A DNA stretch of 64,000 nucleotides from an uncultured Acidimicrobiaceae bacterium (GTDB lineage: Bacteria > Actinomycetota > Acidimicrobiia > Spongiisociales > ZC4RG35): positions 30,773-94,772 of the forward strand of contig CAZNDH010000001.1 in the NCBI GenBank assembly GCA_964571765.1. Reading direction: 5' to 3'. Position 1 is the stretch's first letter; every line of letters starts with the position of its first letter. This document shows, piece by piece, positions 9,349 to 19,697 of the stretch. The position numbers were made by a program, and so were the translations under genes. The notes under the pieces are model-generated. The model was not told where the DNA came from and ran no database searches. It saw only the letters and a program-made list of their open reading frames with translations.

Positions 9349-12306
9349 CTAGTTGTCCACCCTGACCAGGGTCAGCCCGATCAGTCCGCTCCCGTCGTGG
9401 TGGGAAATCGCACCGAGAGACGTCGACCCTGCCAACGCGCTGTCCCAGGAGAACTCGATGGTTCCCTGGGCGCCGGCAGTTGCCGAGTCGGGTGCGCTCT
9501 CGATGACCAGGCTCCCCCCCGTGGTCAGGGGCACGTCCCACATGTGGAACTGATACCCGACGTTGCCGTCAGGCACGCTCCAGCCGTGGACGAACAAGGT
9601 GTAGGAGCCGTCGGCCGGCAGGCGGAGGTCCATGACTTCGGCGGTTGCCGGCGCCGTCGACGACGCCACCAGCTGGCCTCCACTACACAGGAACAGGTCG
9701 ATGTCGGTTGCCGCGGCCCCCGACACGTCCGATTGATCCATCGTGATCCGCAGATGCGCCGATCCGCTCAGGCTGAAGTCGTGGCCGACCTCACCAGACC
9801 CGGCAGGAGTGCCGCATCCCGAGAAGGTCTGGTCGGGGTCCTGATCGACATTCCCGCCTTCACCGCTGTCATCGGCGAGCCCGTGGGCCTGGGCGGTATA
9901 AGGGCCGGTGTAGCCGAACAGCACGTCGAAGCTCCCCGAGCCGCTCTCGCCACTGAAGGCCACCTCATCGGGTGAGCTCAGGGCCGAGCCCCGGACGGCG
10001 ATCGGGCTACGTACCGAATATCCGCCCACGTTCGAGTTCCAGGTCAGCGAGCCGAACCTCCACTCACCCACTGGGGCACCGGTGTTGGTGATGGTCACCT
10101 CATAGGTACGCGACTCACCCCGACTCAGGCTGAAGCTGGAGGGTGAGACCGACACCGAGTAGCCGGGAGGCGCCTCGATCACCGGGGTGTAGGTGCGGCT
10201 GCCACCCTCCCTGGCCACGCTGGTGACCGTCCGGGTCACCGTGATCTGGCCGGGGAGGTCGGACACCGCGATCGACGGGTAGTTGAGGTCGGTGGCCTTC
10301 ACCGGGAACCCTGCGGCCTCGACCGCGGCACAGGTCGCCGTGGGATTGGCGAACACCGCGGGGAAGGCGTCACAGAGGAATCCGAAGTAGTCGAAGAGAC
10401 CGGCGTCGTAGACCAGCCCCGGCTGGAAGGACGAGCCCCTCTGGTTCGGTCTGCCCGGTTGGACATGACCAGCTCCCTGGGCGAAGACACCGGCCGGGCT
10501 GACCCGGTCGTTGTCGACCACGTCCTGATGGGCGCTGGTCATCAACGCCGACCTTGCCGCAGCCGCGCTCCAACCAGGATTGGCCTGCTTGAGCAGGGCA
10601 AACAGACCGGCGACGTGCGGGCTCGACATCGAGGTCCCGGCGATGGCACCGAACAGCTCACCCTGGACGAAGCCGATGTCGTCGAACGGCGAGTACGCCG
10701 CCAGGATCTGTAGGCCAGGTGCGATCACATCGGGCTTGATCACGTCGGCGAACACGTTGGGACCACGCGAGGAGAACACCGTCATCGACGGTGCCGACTC
10801 CCAGGTGGTCTTGGTCGCGGTGTCGCGGATCTGGGCGGTGGCGTCTTCGCCTTCAGCGGCGATGTACGCCTTGATCGCCAGTCCAGGCGTGTTGTCGACA
10901 TGGACCGCCGGCACCCAATGGGTGTCGGTGAACAGGTTCCCCACGTCGTCGTTCTCATACATGATCATCCCGACGCCCCCGGCCTGGAGCACCGCCAGGC
11001 CCTTGGCGACACGGGCGATCACACCCCGCCGGCAGAGCACGATGGCTCCCTCGACCATGTCGGGGTCGAGTGCGCCCGGGTTGCACAGGTCGTCGCCGGC
11101 GTCGGCCGCGTCAACGAGAGGCGCCGGTCCGACTCCTTGAGTGACCGAAGCGCCCTCAAAGGTGGTGCCGTCGCCCAGCTCCACGGTGCCGGCAAAGAAC
11201 CTGGCCTGGGTGTTGGCGCCGACCGTGGTCAGCCAGGGGACCTTGCCCGGGTTGCGAATGGTCGCCGCTCCGGGCCCGCTGTTCCCCGCGGAGGTTGCCA
11301 CATGGACCCCGGCGTCGGCGGCGAACAGGAAGGCGATCTCGTCGGCGGTTATCAACGACGACCCACCCCCGATGGAGTAGTTGATCACATCGACACCATC
11401 GGCCACTGCCAGGTCGATGGCGGCGGCCAGGTCCGAACCGAACCCGCCGAGGTTGCCCAGACCCTTGTAGGCGATGATGTGAGCGTCGGGGGCTATGCCC
11501 GAGATGTTCCCCAAGTCGTTGCCGAGGATGCTTGCCGCCACGTCCCGGTTACCCGCCGCGGTCCCTGCGGTGTGGGTCCCGTGACCGGCATCGTCCCGCG
11601 CCGAGTCGAACTCGTCGGGAGCGGCCCCGATCAGGGCCCGGTAGGTGGGCATCACCTGACGTGCGCCGATCAACTTGTTGTTGCAGGTGAAGGGGGCATC
11701 GTCGGGGTTGTGGGCGGTGTTGCCGAACTCGCAGGGCAGGGGCCCGGTGGGTGGGGCGGGGAGCCCGTGGTCGGCGAAGCTGGGGTGCTCCGGCCAGATT
11801 CCGGTGTCGATGATCCCGACCACCACGCCCTTTCCGGTGACACCGCTTGTCGATGCTCCTGCCGGTCCGGTCAATCCGATGAACCCGGGGCTCGAGTCGG
11901 TCTGCGGCTGCTGGAGCTCGTCGGGGATCACATAGGACACGTCGGGATTTCCGGCCAGCTTGACCGCCTCGTCATAGGTGACCAACGCCGAGAACCCGTT
12001 GAGGGCATACACGTATTGGTTCACCTTCTTGGAGACGGCTACGCCGGAGTCGCGCATCACCTTGTCCTGATCGGCCCGCATCTGCTGTCCCCGGTTGCGG
12101 GCACGTGGGGTGTCGAGGTTCTCCCTACCCTCGGTCACCACCAGTGGGTCGGCCTTGAGCACCACGATGTAGCTGTCGTACTTGCCACGCTCCACCGTGC
12201 TGTCGGGGGTCGGTTCGGGAGCGTCGGCCGGAGCCGCTCCCGAGGGGATTGCTGTCACCAGCGCCAGTGCGAGCGCGGTGAACAGGACTACGAATCTACG
12301 TCTCAC
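9349..12306 (-). CDS. secreted S8 subtilase with I9 propeptide, PA domain and Fn3-like C-terminal domains
   Basis: IIDTGIWPEHPSF, GHGTHTAGTAAG, GTSMSSPHVAG triad; signal peptide; GAGGAGG upstream. Confidence 0.93.
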   Translation of the reverse strand: MRRRFVVLFTALALALVTAIPSGAAPADAPEPTPDSTVERGKYDSYIVVLKADPLVVTEGRENLDTPRARNRGQQMRADQDKVMRDSGVAVSKKVNQYVYALNGFSALVTYDEAVKLAGNPDVSYVIPDELQQPQTDSSPGFIGLTGPAGASTSGVTGKGVVVGIIDTGIWPEHPSFADHGLPAPPTGPLPCEFGNTAHNPDDAPFTCNNKLIGARQVMPTYRALIGAAPDEFDSARDDAGHGTHTAGTAAGNRDVAASILGNDLGNISGIAPDAHIIAYKGLGNLGGFGSDLAAAIDLAVADGVDVINYSIGGGSSLITADEIAFLFAADAGVHVATSAGNSGPGAATIRNPGKVPWLTTVGANTQARFFAGTVELGDGTTFEGASVTQGVGPAPLVDAADAGDDLCNPGALDPDMVEGAIVLCRRGVIARVAKGLAVLQAGGVGMIMYENDDVGNLFTDTHWVPAVHVDNTPGLAIKAYIAAEGEDATAQIRDTATKTTWESAPSMTVFSSRGPNVFADVIKPDVIAPGLQILAAYSPFDDIGFVQGELFGAIAGTSMSSPHVAGLFALLKQANPGWSAAAARSALMTSAHQDVVDNDRVSPAGVFAQGAGHVQPGRPNQRGSSFQPGLVYDAGLFDYFGFLCDAFPAVFANPTATCAAVEAAGFPVKATDLNYPSIAVSDLPGQITVTRTVTSVAREGGSRTYTPVIEAPPGYSVSVSPSSFSLSRGESRTYEVTITNTGAPVGEWRFGSLTWNSNVGGYSVRSPIAVRGSALSSPDEVAFSGESGSGSFDVLFGYTGPYTAQAHGLADDSGEGGNVDQDPDQTFSGCGTPAGSGEVGHDFSLSGSAHLRITMDQSDVSGAAATDIDLFLCSGGQLVASSTAPATAEVMDLRLPADGSYTLFVHGWSVPDGNVGYQFHMWDVPLTTGGSLVIESAPDSATAGAQGTIEFSWDSALAGSTSLGAISHHDGSGLIGLTLVRVDN

Positions 12307-12522
12307 AGATCCTCCTCGTGATTCGTCCTCTCTCTTCCCACCGCAGAATCCCGAGTGCCCGGGTCCGGCGGGGTCTCAGCGACCCTACCACCTAAAGTAG
12401 GATGACGTCACTGTGAGCGGTCACCACCTCCGCGGCTGCGGGTCTGTTACCCCTCCGGGGGACGTTTCAAACCTGACTACACCAGATGAGACCCTCCACT
12501 TGGAAGGTAACCTGCCCGACCT

Positions 12523-15162
12523 GTGCCCCACCTCTACCATTTCTCCGAAGCCGACGGCTCCGATCGGGTCCTGCTCGGCGGCAAAGGGGCCGGCCTTGCG
12601 GCGATGACCGCCCTCGGGCTGCCGGTTCCCCCAGGATTCATCATCACCACAGAAGTGTGTCGCACCGTGATGGAGACCGGCTCATTGCCCGACGGACTGT
12701 GGGAGGAGGTCGAAGAGGCGGTGCTCCGACTGGAGAAGGAGACCGGCCGGACCTTTGGCGCCGGCCCGGAGCCACTCCTCCTCTCGGTGCGCTCCGGCTC
12801 GAAGTTCTCCATGCCGGGGATGATGGACACCGTCCTCAATCTGGGGATCAATGATCAGCTGGTCGACGAGCTGATCGCGTGGTCGGGCGACCCCCACTTC
12901 GCCTGGGACGTCTACCGCAGGTTCGTCCAGATGTACGGAGACGTGGTGCTCGGCGTCGAAGAACACCGCTTCCAGGGGGTGCTCACCGAGCTCCGGGCGC
13001 GGCGGAGGGTGGGTGACGACTCCCGTCTCACCACAGAAGACCTGCGGCGTGCCACCATCGAGTTCAAGGCAATCGTCGAGGAGCACCGGCCCGGTCAGCT
13101 CCCCGAGGACCCCCAGGTCCAGCTTCGCTCCGCCGTCGAGTCGGTGTTCGCCTCCTGGGGGAACAAGCGAGCGGTCGAATACCGCCGCCTCAACGCCATC
13201 CCCGAGGACCTGGGCACCGCGGCCAACGTGCAGATGATGGTGTTCGGTGACCTGGGAGAGGACTCGGGCACCGGGGTCTGCTTCACCCGCGACCCGTCGA
13301 CCGGGTCGCGGCACTACTACGGCGATTACCTGCCACGGGCCCAAGGCGAGGACGTCGTCTCGGGAGCACGCAACGCGATGAACCTCGACCAGCTCGCCGG
13401 GCTCCATGGCGAGTGCCACCGCGAGCTGATCGAGCACATGGACGCCCTCGAAGCCCACTACCGGGACATGATGGACATCGAGTTCACCATCGAGAAGGGC
13501 AAGCTCTACATCCTCCAGGCCAGGGTGGGCAAGCGCACCGCCGAGGCCGCGGTGAGGATCGCGGTGGCCATGGCCGGGGAAGGCTCGATCACCCGGGAAG
13601 AGGCGCTGGTCAGGGTGGATCCGGCTGCTCTCGAACAGCTCCACCGGCCCCGGATCGCATCCAACACCTCGGCCACCCCGGTGGTTACCGGTGTCGCCGC
13701 ATCACCTGGTGCCGCCGCCGGGGTCGTGGTGTTCGACTCGGACGAGGCGGTGACCAGGGCCAAGGCCGGTGACGCGGTGATACTGGTCCGGCCGGAGACC
13801 ACACCCGACGACATCCACGGGATGGCCGCCTCATTGGGCATCCTCACCAGCCAGGGGGGCAAGACCTCACACGCCGCGGTTGTCGCCCGAGGGATGGGCA
13901 AGCCGGCGGTCACCGGAGCAGCCCGACTCCAGGTCGATCTGTCGGCGCGGGTCGCCACCGTGGCAGGAAGGGAAATCCACGCCGGGGAGCACATCACCAT
14001 CGACGGCACCACCGGGTCGGTGTACCTGGGGCCGGTGGACCTGGAGGCACCAGAACCCCTCCCCGAGTTGGGCAAGCTCCTCGCCTGGGCTGACGAGATC
14101 CGCAAGCTGGGGGTTCGGGCCAACGCCGACACCCCTGAAGACGCCGCTGAGGCCCGGGCACGGGGGGCCTCAGGGATCGGCCTCGCCCGTACCGAGCACA
14201 TGTTCATGGGTGAGCGGCTCAAGGTGGTGCAGCGGATCATCCTTGCTCAGACACCCAAAGACAGACAAGACGCCTTACGCGACCTGGAGACCCTGCAGGT
14301 GGGCGACTTCGAGGCGATCCTCGAGGCGATGGATGGCCTTCCCGTCGTGGTGCGGCTCCTCGATCCTCCCCTCCACGAGTTTCTCCCCTCGCGACTCGAA
14401 CTGGAGCAGGAAGCCCTACGCCGGGTCAGATCGGGACGTCCCATCGACGACCTGCGAGCGATGTCCGAGCAGGTGGCCTTCTGGGAGGAGGACAACCCGA
14501 TGTTGGGGTTGCGGGGGGTACGGCTCGGCCTGAAGCTCCCCGAGCTCTACCGGATGCAGGTCCGAGCCGCGGTCAACGCCATGTGCCGGCGTCTCGAGGC
14601 GGGTGGCGACCCCCATCTCGAGATCATGATCCCCCTGGTCTCAGCCGCCGAGGAGCTCCGCAGGATGAGAACCATGGTGGAGAAGGAAGTAGCCGAGGCG
14701 GAGAAGCGCACCGGTCTCACCTTGGAGGTCCCCCTCGGCACCATGATCGAGCTCCCCCGGGCGGCGTTGACCGCGGGCGAGATCGCCGCAGTAGCCGACT
14801 TCTTCTCCTTTGGTACCAACGACCTCACCCAGATGACCTACGGCCTGAGCCGCGACGATGCGGAAGGTCTCTTCCTTCGCGACTACCTCGAGGACCGGGT
14901 GCTCGATTCCGATCCCTTCCAGACCATCGACCGCGCTGGGGTGGGCCGGCTGATCAAGGTGGCCTGCCTGGAAGGCAGGGAGGCCAACCCCACACTCCAA
15001 CTCGGCCTGTGCGGTGAGCATGGAGGCGACCCCGACTCGATCTCCTTCGTCGCCCAGATCGGGCTCGACTACGTCTCGTGCAGCCCTCCCCGGGTGGAGG
15101 GGGCCCGGCTCGCCGCCGCCCAGGCCGAAATCACGTCGACGGAGACCGTGGACAGCAGGTAG
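12523..15162 (+). CDS. ppdK: pyruvate, phosphate dikinase
   Basis: LLGGKGA, SMPGMMDTVLNLG, GGKTSHAAVVARG, FSFGTNDLTQ. Confidence 0.96.
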   Translation: MPHLYHFSEADGSDRVLLGGKGAGLAAMTALGLPVPPGFIITTEVCRTVMETGSLPDGLWEEVEEAVLRLEKETGRTFGAGPEPLLLSVRSGSKFSMPGMMDTVLNLGINDQLVDELIAWSGDPHFAWDVYRRFVQMYGDVVLGVEEHRFQGVLTELRARRRVGDDSRLTTEDLRRATIEFKAIVEEHRPGQLPEDPQVQLRSAVESVFASWGNKRAVEYRRLNAIPEDLGTAANVQMMVFGDLGEDSGTGVCFTRDPSTGSRHYYGDYLPRAQGEDVVSGARNAMNLDQLAGLHGECHRELIEHMDALEAHYRDMMDIEFTIEKGKLYILQARVGKRTAEAAVRIAVAMAGEGSITREEALVRVDPAALEQLHRPRIASNTSATPVVTGVAASPGAAAGVVVFDSDEAVTRAKAGDAVILVRPETTPDDIHGMAASLGILTSQGGKTSHAAVVARGMGKPAVTGAARLQVDLSARVATVAGREIHAGEHITIDGTTGSVYLGPVDLEAPEPLPELGKLLAWADEIRKLGVRANADTPEDAAEARARGASGIGLARTEHMFMGERLKVVQRIILAQTPKDRQDALRDLETLQVGDFEAILEAMDGLPVVVRLLDPPLHEFLPSRLELEQEALRRVRSGRPIDDLRAMSEQVAFWEEDNPMLGLRGVRLGLKLPELYRMQVRAAVNAMCRRLEAGGDPHLEIMIPLVSAAEELRRMRTMVEKEVAEAEKRTGLTLEVPLGTMIELPRAALTAGEIAAVADFFSFGTNDLTQMTYGLSRDDAEGLFLRDYLEDRVLDSDPFQTIDRAGVGRLIKVACLEGREANPTLQLGLCGEHGGDPDSISFVAQIGLDYVSCSPPRVEGARLAAAQAEITSTETVDSR

Positions 15163-15238
15163 CACTCGGACATGTCCCCTACGGATTTCGGGGAAATCGC
15201 GCAGGCGAGGACAGACCAGATGGGCAGGGGGCACACCG

Positions 15239-16000
15239 TCAAAGGTCGGTTGTCGGGTCCCCCACTCGCCGGCCCGGCGGCCGCTTGTCCCCAGGTGCAC
15301 GGGATGACAGAGAGTCGACCTTGTCGATCAGGGCTTCGACCCCTTCACCGACGGTGGCGGTAGTTGAGATCACCTCCACCCCTCGCTCCCCGACGGCCTC
15401 GATCAGTGCCCGCCTCACCTCCCCCACGCCGGGGCGGTCGGCCTTGTTGACCACGACGATGTCGGCGATCTCCATCACCCCTGCCTTGTCCGCCTGGATG
15501 TGGTCGCCCCATCCCGGGGCCACCACCAGTACCACGGCGTCGGCCACCCCCATCACCTCCACCTCAGACTGGCCCACCCCCACCGTCTCCACCACGACGT
15601 GGTCGAACCCGCCCAGAGCCACCAGGCGCAGGGTGGCGCCGGCAGCCGCCGACAGCCCGCCGAGATGTCCCCGGGCGGCCATTGACCTCAAGTAGACCCC
15701 GGGGTCACCGGAATGATCCTGCATCCGGATCCGGTCACCGAGAAGGGCCCCCCCGGTGAGCGGGCTCGAAGGATCGACGGCAAGCACCGCTACCGTCTCG
15801 TCGCGTCCTCGCCATGCCCTGATCATCGCCGAGATCAGGGTGGACTTGCCCGCACCGGGTGGGCCGGTGATCCCCACCACCAACTGCTCCGGGGCGGGCA
15901 GATCGACGAACCGCGCCGGATCGGCCTCGACCTCGGATATGGCGACCGCCAGAGCCTTGCGGTCTCCACTTCGAACCTGCTCGATCAATGCCCGGTCCAT
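15239..16000 (-). CDS. meaB: MeaB/ArgK family GTPase (methylmalonyl-CoA mutase chaperone)
   Basis: GPPGAGKST, AVDPSSP, GALLGDRIRM, ETVGVGQSE, NKAD. Confidence 0.88.
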   Translation of the reverse strand: MDRALIEQVRSGDRKALAVAISEVEADPARFVDLPAPEQLVVGITGPPGAGKSTLISAMIRAWRGRDETVAVLAVDPSSPLTGGALLGDRIRMQDHSGDPGVYLRSMAARGHLGGLSAAAGATLRLVALGGFDHVVVETVGVGQSEVEVMGVADAVVLVVAPGWGDHIQADKAGVMEIADIVVVNKADRPGVGEVRRALIEAVGERGVEVISTTATVGEGVEALIDKVDSLSSRAPGDKRPPGRRVGDPTTDL

Positions 16001-16049
16001 GACGGCGAGACTAAGCCGCCGCAAACCGACTTCGGGGGAGGACCCTGGC

Positions 16050-16382
16050 TCAGAGGGTGGGAAGCCCGAGACCCGAGGTGGCGTCTTCCAGGGTGCCGGG
16101 GGCGTCGGCGCTGGCCACCACCTGTTCCACTCCGGGAACCCGGTCCTTGAGGATGCGCTCGATCCCGGCCTTGAGAGTCATCATCGACAGGGGACAACCG
16201 CCACAGGCACCAACCATCTCCAGGCTCACGGTGCCGTCCTCGACACCGAGAAGTACGATGTCACCCCCATCGGCCTGGACCGCGGGGCGGATGTAGTCGA
16301 GCGCCGCTTCGAGCGCGTCCAGGTCCACCTCCCCGTTCCCTGAGGTGGTGGTGGCGATCGAAACCGGTGTTGGCTGTGTCAT
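16050..16382 (-). CDS. NifU/NfuA-type Fe-S scaffold protein
   Basis: IRPAVQADGGD, GACGGCP, TLKAGIE. Confidence 0.88.
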   Translation of the reverse strand: MTQPTPVSIATTTSGNGEVDLDALEAALDYIRPAVQADGGDIVLLGVEDGTVSLEMVGACGGCPLSMMTLKAGIERILKDRVPGVEQVVASADAPGTLEDATSGLGLPTL

Positions 16383-16425
16383 CTTCTCGTGGTGCAACCC
16401 GGCAGCGGCGCCGGATGTTCCGATT

Positions 16426-17706
16426 CTAGGGTGTCTCAACCCGGGAGATCTCGGCCCCCAGTCGGGAGAGGCTGCCGGTGAAGTCCTCGTATCCCCGGTC
16501 GATGTGGGTGGCATCTCCCACCTCGGTGGTGCCCTCGGCGCGCAACCCGGCGAGCACCAGAGCGGCACCCGCCCTGATGTCGGGGGCGAGGACCGGACAC
16601 CCCGACAGATCGTCGACACCCCGGATGACCGCATGCTGGCCTTCCAAGCTGATGTCGGCGCCCATCCGGGCGAGCTCGCCGACATATCGGAACCGTGCGT
16701 CGTAGAGGTTCTCGGTGATCACCGACGTCCCGGTGGCCACGCTGAGTAGGGCGACCATTTGGGGGTGCATGTCGGTGTGGAATCCGGGATAGGGAAGGGT
16801 GACGAAGTCGACGGCGGCGGGACGCTCCGGGCCTCGGACACGCAGCCAGCCCTCCCCCCGCTCGATATCACATCCCGTGTCCTCCAGCTTGCGCAGTTCC
16901 ATGCGCAGGTGGGCCGGATGGCATCCGGTGACGGTGACGTCACCACCGGTGATCGCCGCAGCCACGGCGAAGGTGCCGGCCTCGAGGCGATCCGCTACCG
17001 CCTGGTGCTCGCTTGGTGCGAGCCCTTCGACCCCTTCGATGGTCACCAGGGAAGTGCCGCCGCCGCTGATCCGGGCCCCCATGGCGGTGAGCTGGAGGAT
17101 CAGATCCTCGATCTCTGGCTCGCGGGCGGCGTTGACGATGGTGGTCTCACCCTCGGCTAGGACCCCGGCGAACAGCATGTTCTCGGTAGCGCCCACCGAG
17201 GGGAAGGGAAGCTCCACCTCGGTGCCCTTCAGCCTTCCGTCGACCCTGCCTACCAGCTCGCCGTGGACCAGCTCGAAGTTGGCCCCCATTTGCTCGAGCC
17301 CTTCGAGATGCCACTCGATCGGTCTGGCGCCGAGGTCGTCACCGCCGGGAAGGGCCACCCGGGCCTCTCCGCACCGGGCCAGGAGCGGGCCGAGAACCAC
17401 TATCGAGGCCCTCATCTGACGGACCAGCTCGATAGGGGTCTCCGGGTTGAGAGTCTCGGGCACCACGGTCCACAGCTCGTGGTCGCCCTGCTCCACCTTG
17501 CAGCCGATGTGGGATAGGACCCGTGCCATCAGCTCGACGTCGAGGATCGCCGGGACGTTTCCCAACCGGTGCCTCCCGGGGGCAAGAAGCGCCGAGACCA
17601 TCTCTTTGAGAACCGCGTTCTTGGCTCCTCGGACGTTGACGGTCCCCGCCAGGGGCCGGCCGCCCTCGACGGTGATGGTCGGCATCCTGTCGAATGTAGT
17701 GGTCAT
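16426..17706 (-). CDS. murA: UDP-N-acetylglucosamine 1-carboxyvinyltransferase (start uncertain: 17706 or 17685)
   Basis: [35 protein letters not shown]. Confidence 0.95.
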   Translation of the reverse strand: MTTTFDRMPTITVEGGRPLAGTVNVRGAKNAVLKEMVSALLAPGRHRLGNVPAILDVELMARVLSHIGCKVEQGDHELWTVVPETLNPETPIELVRQMRASIVVLGPLLARCGEARVALPGGDDLGARPIEWHLEGLEQMGANFELVHGELVGRVDGRLKGTEVELPFPSVGATENMLFAGVLAEGETTIVNAAREPEIEDLILQLTAMGARISGGGTSLVTIEGVEGLAPSEHQAVADRLEAGTFAVAAAITGGDVTVTGCHPAHLRMELRKLEDTGCDIERGEGWLRVRGPERPAAVDFVTLPYPGFHTDMHPQMVALLSVATGTSVITENLYDARFRYVGELARMGADISLEGQHAVIRGVDDLSGCPVLAPDIRAGAALVLAGLRAEGTTEVGDATHIDRGYEDFTGSLSRLGAEISRVETP

Positions 17707-17765
17707 CCCGGTGGGCACCCGGTTCGCCAGGCTCCTATCTCGGTGATGGCTACCCTGCCCGGGCC

Positions 17766-18206
17766 ATGAGAATCGCCGTGGGGTCGGATCACGCCGGGTA
17801 TGAGATGAAGGAGCAGCTCGCCTCCTGGCTGGCCGAGGCGGGTCATGCGGTGTACGACCTGGGAACCCACTCCTCCGACCCCGTGGACTATCCGGACTAC
17901 GCGGCGGCTGTGGCTCGCGCGGTTCTCGACGGCCGGGCCGACCGGGGGGTGATCGTCTGCGGCTCCGGGGCCGGGGCCTGCATCGCCGCCAACAAACTCA
18001 ACGGGATCCGGGCCGGCCTGGCTCACGACACCTATACCGCCCATCAGATGGTGGAGCACGACGACGCCAACGTCCTCTGCCTCGGCTCGCGAGTGATCGG
18101 TCGGGCGTTGGCCGAGGACCTGGTCAGGGTATTCATCGAGGCTCGCTTCAGCCGCGACGACCGGCACGTACGGCGTCTCGACAAGATCAAGGCCCTGGAG
18201 CAGTAG
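17766..18206 (+). CDS. rpiB: ribose 5-phosphate isomerase B
   Basis: GSDHAG, DYPD, CGSGAG, HDDANVL. Confidence 0.92.
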   Translation: MRIAVGSDHAGYEMKEQLASWLAEAGHAVYDLGTHSSDPVDYPDYAAAVARAVLDGRADRGVIVCGSGAGACIAANKLNGIRAGLAHDTYTAHQMVEHDDANVLCLGSRVIGRALAEDLVRVFIEARFSRDDRHVRRLDKIKALEQ

Positions 18207-18215
18207 GGCCGCAGC

Positions 18216-18827
18216 TCAGCCGGGCACCTGGCCCTGTGCCAGCGCCACCAGGGCTTCCAGTCCGGCCACCCCGATCTCGCCTGACAACCTCCCCATGTTG
18301 CGGTTTTCCCCGTCGAGAACGATATAGCCGGGGGTCCCGGTCACCCCAAAGGCGCGGGCGATGTCACCCGCCTGGTTGTCCATCACCGTGGGCACCGTCC
18401 AGTTCTCCCGCTCCAACCATGCCTGCGGGGGAAACTCGGCCCGCCGGGCATCGGTGAAGATCGTCGCCGCATAGAGGTCGACACCTTCGGGGAGCCTGCC
18501 GCTGTTCAGCCAATTCTGGATCACGGGCACCTCCGCCTGGCAATGGGGGCACCAGTGGGCGAGAAACACCACCACCTTGGGGCGGCCATCGGCCGCGATG
18601 CTCACCGGGTTGCCGTCCCAGTCGGTCCCGGCGACTGTGGGGGCGGTCCAGCCAACCGCCGGGTCACCTCCTTGGTTGACCACAGGGAGAGGGTCGCCCG
18701 AGACGGTGACGTCACGGAACCCGATGGAGGGGTCGATGGGCTCCTCACCGGCGATGTACAGCGCCATCCACACGATGAGGCCGAGGGCGACGACACCCCC
18801 GCCGATCCAGAGAAAGGTCTTGTTCAT
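18216..18827 (-). CDS. membrane-anchored TlpA-like thiol-disulfide oxidoreductase
   Basis: AHWCPHC, N-terminal TM anchor, GTP cis-Pro loop; ATGA overlap with the DsbB gene. Confidence 0.85.
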   Translation of the reverse strand: MNKTFLWIGGGVVALGLIVWMALYIAGEEPIDPSIGFRDVTVSGDPLPVVNQGGDPAVGWTAPTVAGTDWDGNPVSIAADGRPKVVVFLAHWCPHCQAEVPVIQNWLNSGRLPEGVDLYAATIFTDARRAEFPPQAWLERENWTVPTVMDNQAGDIARAFGVTGTPGYIVLDGENRNMGRLSGEIGVAGLEALVALAQGQVPG

Positions 18828-19357
18828 GACTGCTTGGCTCTCACGTAGAACAGGAGTAGGACGGCGATAAGGGTAAACCCGGCACCGGCCATAAACGGGA
18901 TGCTGATGAACCCGAAGACCTCGACATACCGGGCACTGCACGGGTTGAGCGGGTCACAGGCCCCGCCTTCCAACGAGGGGAAGACCTGGATGGTGTAGTG
19001 CCAGATGGAGATGGCCAGCCCGATCAGGGCCATGGGGAGGGCGTAGAACTTGGCGGCCAGATCCTTGCGGATGGCACCGACCAGTAGCACCACCGACAGC
19101 GGGTACATGGCGATCCGCTGGAACCAGCACAACCGACAGGGGACGAAGTGGGCCACCTCGGAGTAGATCAACGATCCCACAGTGGCCACGATCGCCACCG
19201 ACCAGGCAAGCCACAGTGCCTTGTCTCCCCCAAGTACACCGGCTGCCTCCCTGCCCCGGACCAGACGGTAGATGACCAGGCCGAGCGCCAGCGTCAAGGC
19301 GAACAGCGAGAGCAGCGCAAGGAAGGTGTTGTACAGGCGGATGGTCTCCAGGGACAT
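18824..19357 (-). CDS. dsbB: disulfide bond formation protein B (BdbC type)
   Basis: PCRLCWFQRIAMYPL, second Cys pair CDPLNPC, GFISIPFM. Confidence 0.88.
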   Translation of the reverse strand: MSLETIRLYNTFLALLSLFALTLALGLVIYRLVRGREAAGVLGGDKALWLAWSVAIVATVGSLIYSEVAHFVPCRLCWFQRIAMYPLSVVLLVGAIRKDLAAKFYALPMALIGLAISIWHYTIQVFPSLEGGACDPLNPCSARYVEVFGFISIPFMAGAGFTLIAVLLLFYVRAKQS

Positions 19358-19593
19358 CTCAGTGGCGACCAGTTTGTGGCATCGGCCCCGCTTTCACAAA
19401 CCCCAAAGCCCGCTCACCTCGAAGGCATGGGGGTGCTCGATGGGCAGAGGGATCACCCTGGTGCTCGGGATGCTGGCGGGCACGCCGGTGGCGGGGAGGC
19501 TCGGGACAGTTTCGCGGGCGATCTTGTGCAAGACGTCAACTCTGGCTCGTTGTCCCTCACGATCCGCACCTGTGACCAGGGGGAAGGATCGGG

Positions 19594-19666
19594 CAGTCCC
19601 GACGGGATTCGAACCCGCGTTTCCGGCTTGAAAGGCCGGCGTCCTAGACCACTGGACGACGGGACC
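19594..19666 (-). tRNA. tRNA-Glu(TTC), CCA not encoded
   Basis: GGTCCCG/CGGGACT acceptor stem, CCGGC-CTTTCAA-GCCGG anticodon arm, GGTTCGAATCC T-loop; directly downstream of gltX. Confidence 0.96.
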
Positions 19667-19697
19667 GTGCCAGGGAAAGGTTACGGCCCGCGGGGCC

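Noticed and set aside
12402-12426. TGACGTCA and TGTGAGCGGTCAC as a CRP-like site between the subtilase and ppdK
   Set aside because: Spacing is N4 rather than N6, and short palindromes are expected by chance
19358-19593. Integration site or island downstream of tRNA-Glu
   Set aside because: No integrase, no duplicated tRNA 3' end seen, and the flanking genes are housekeeping
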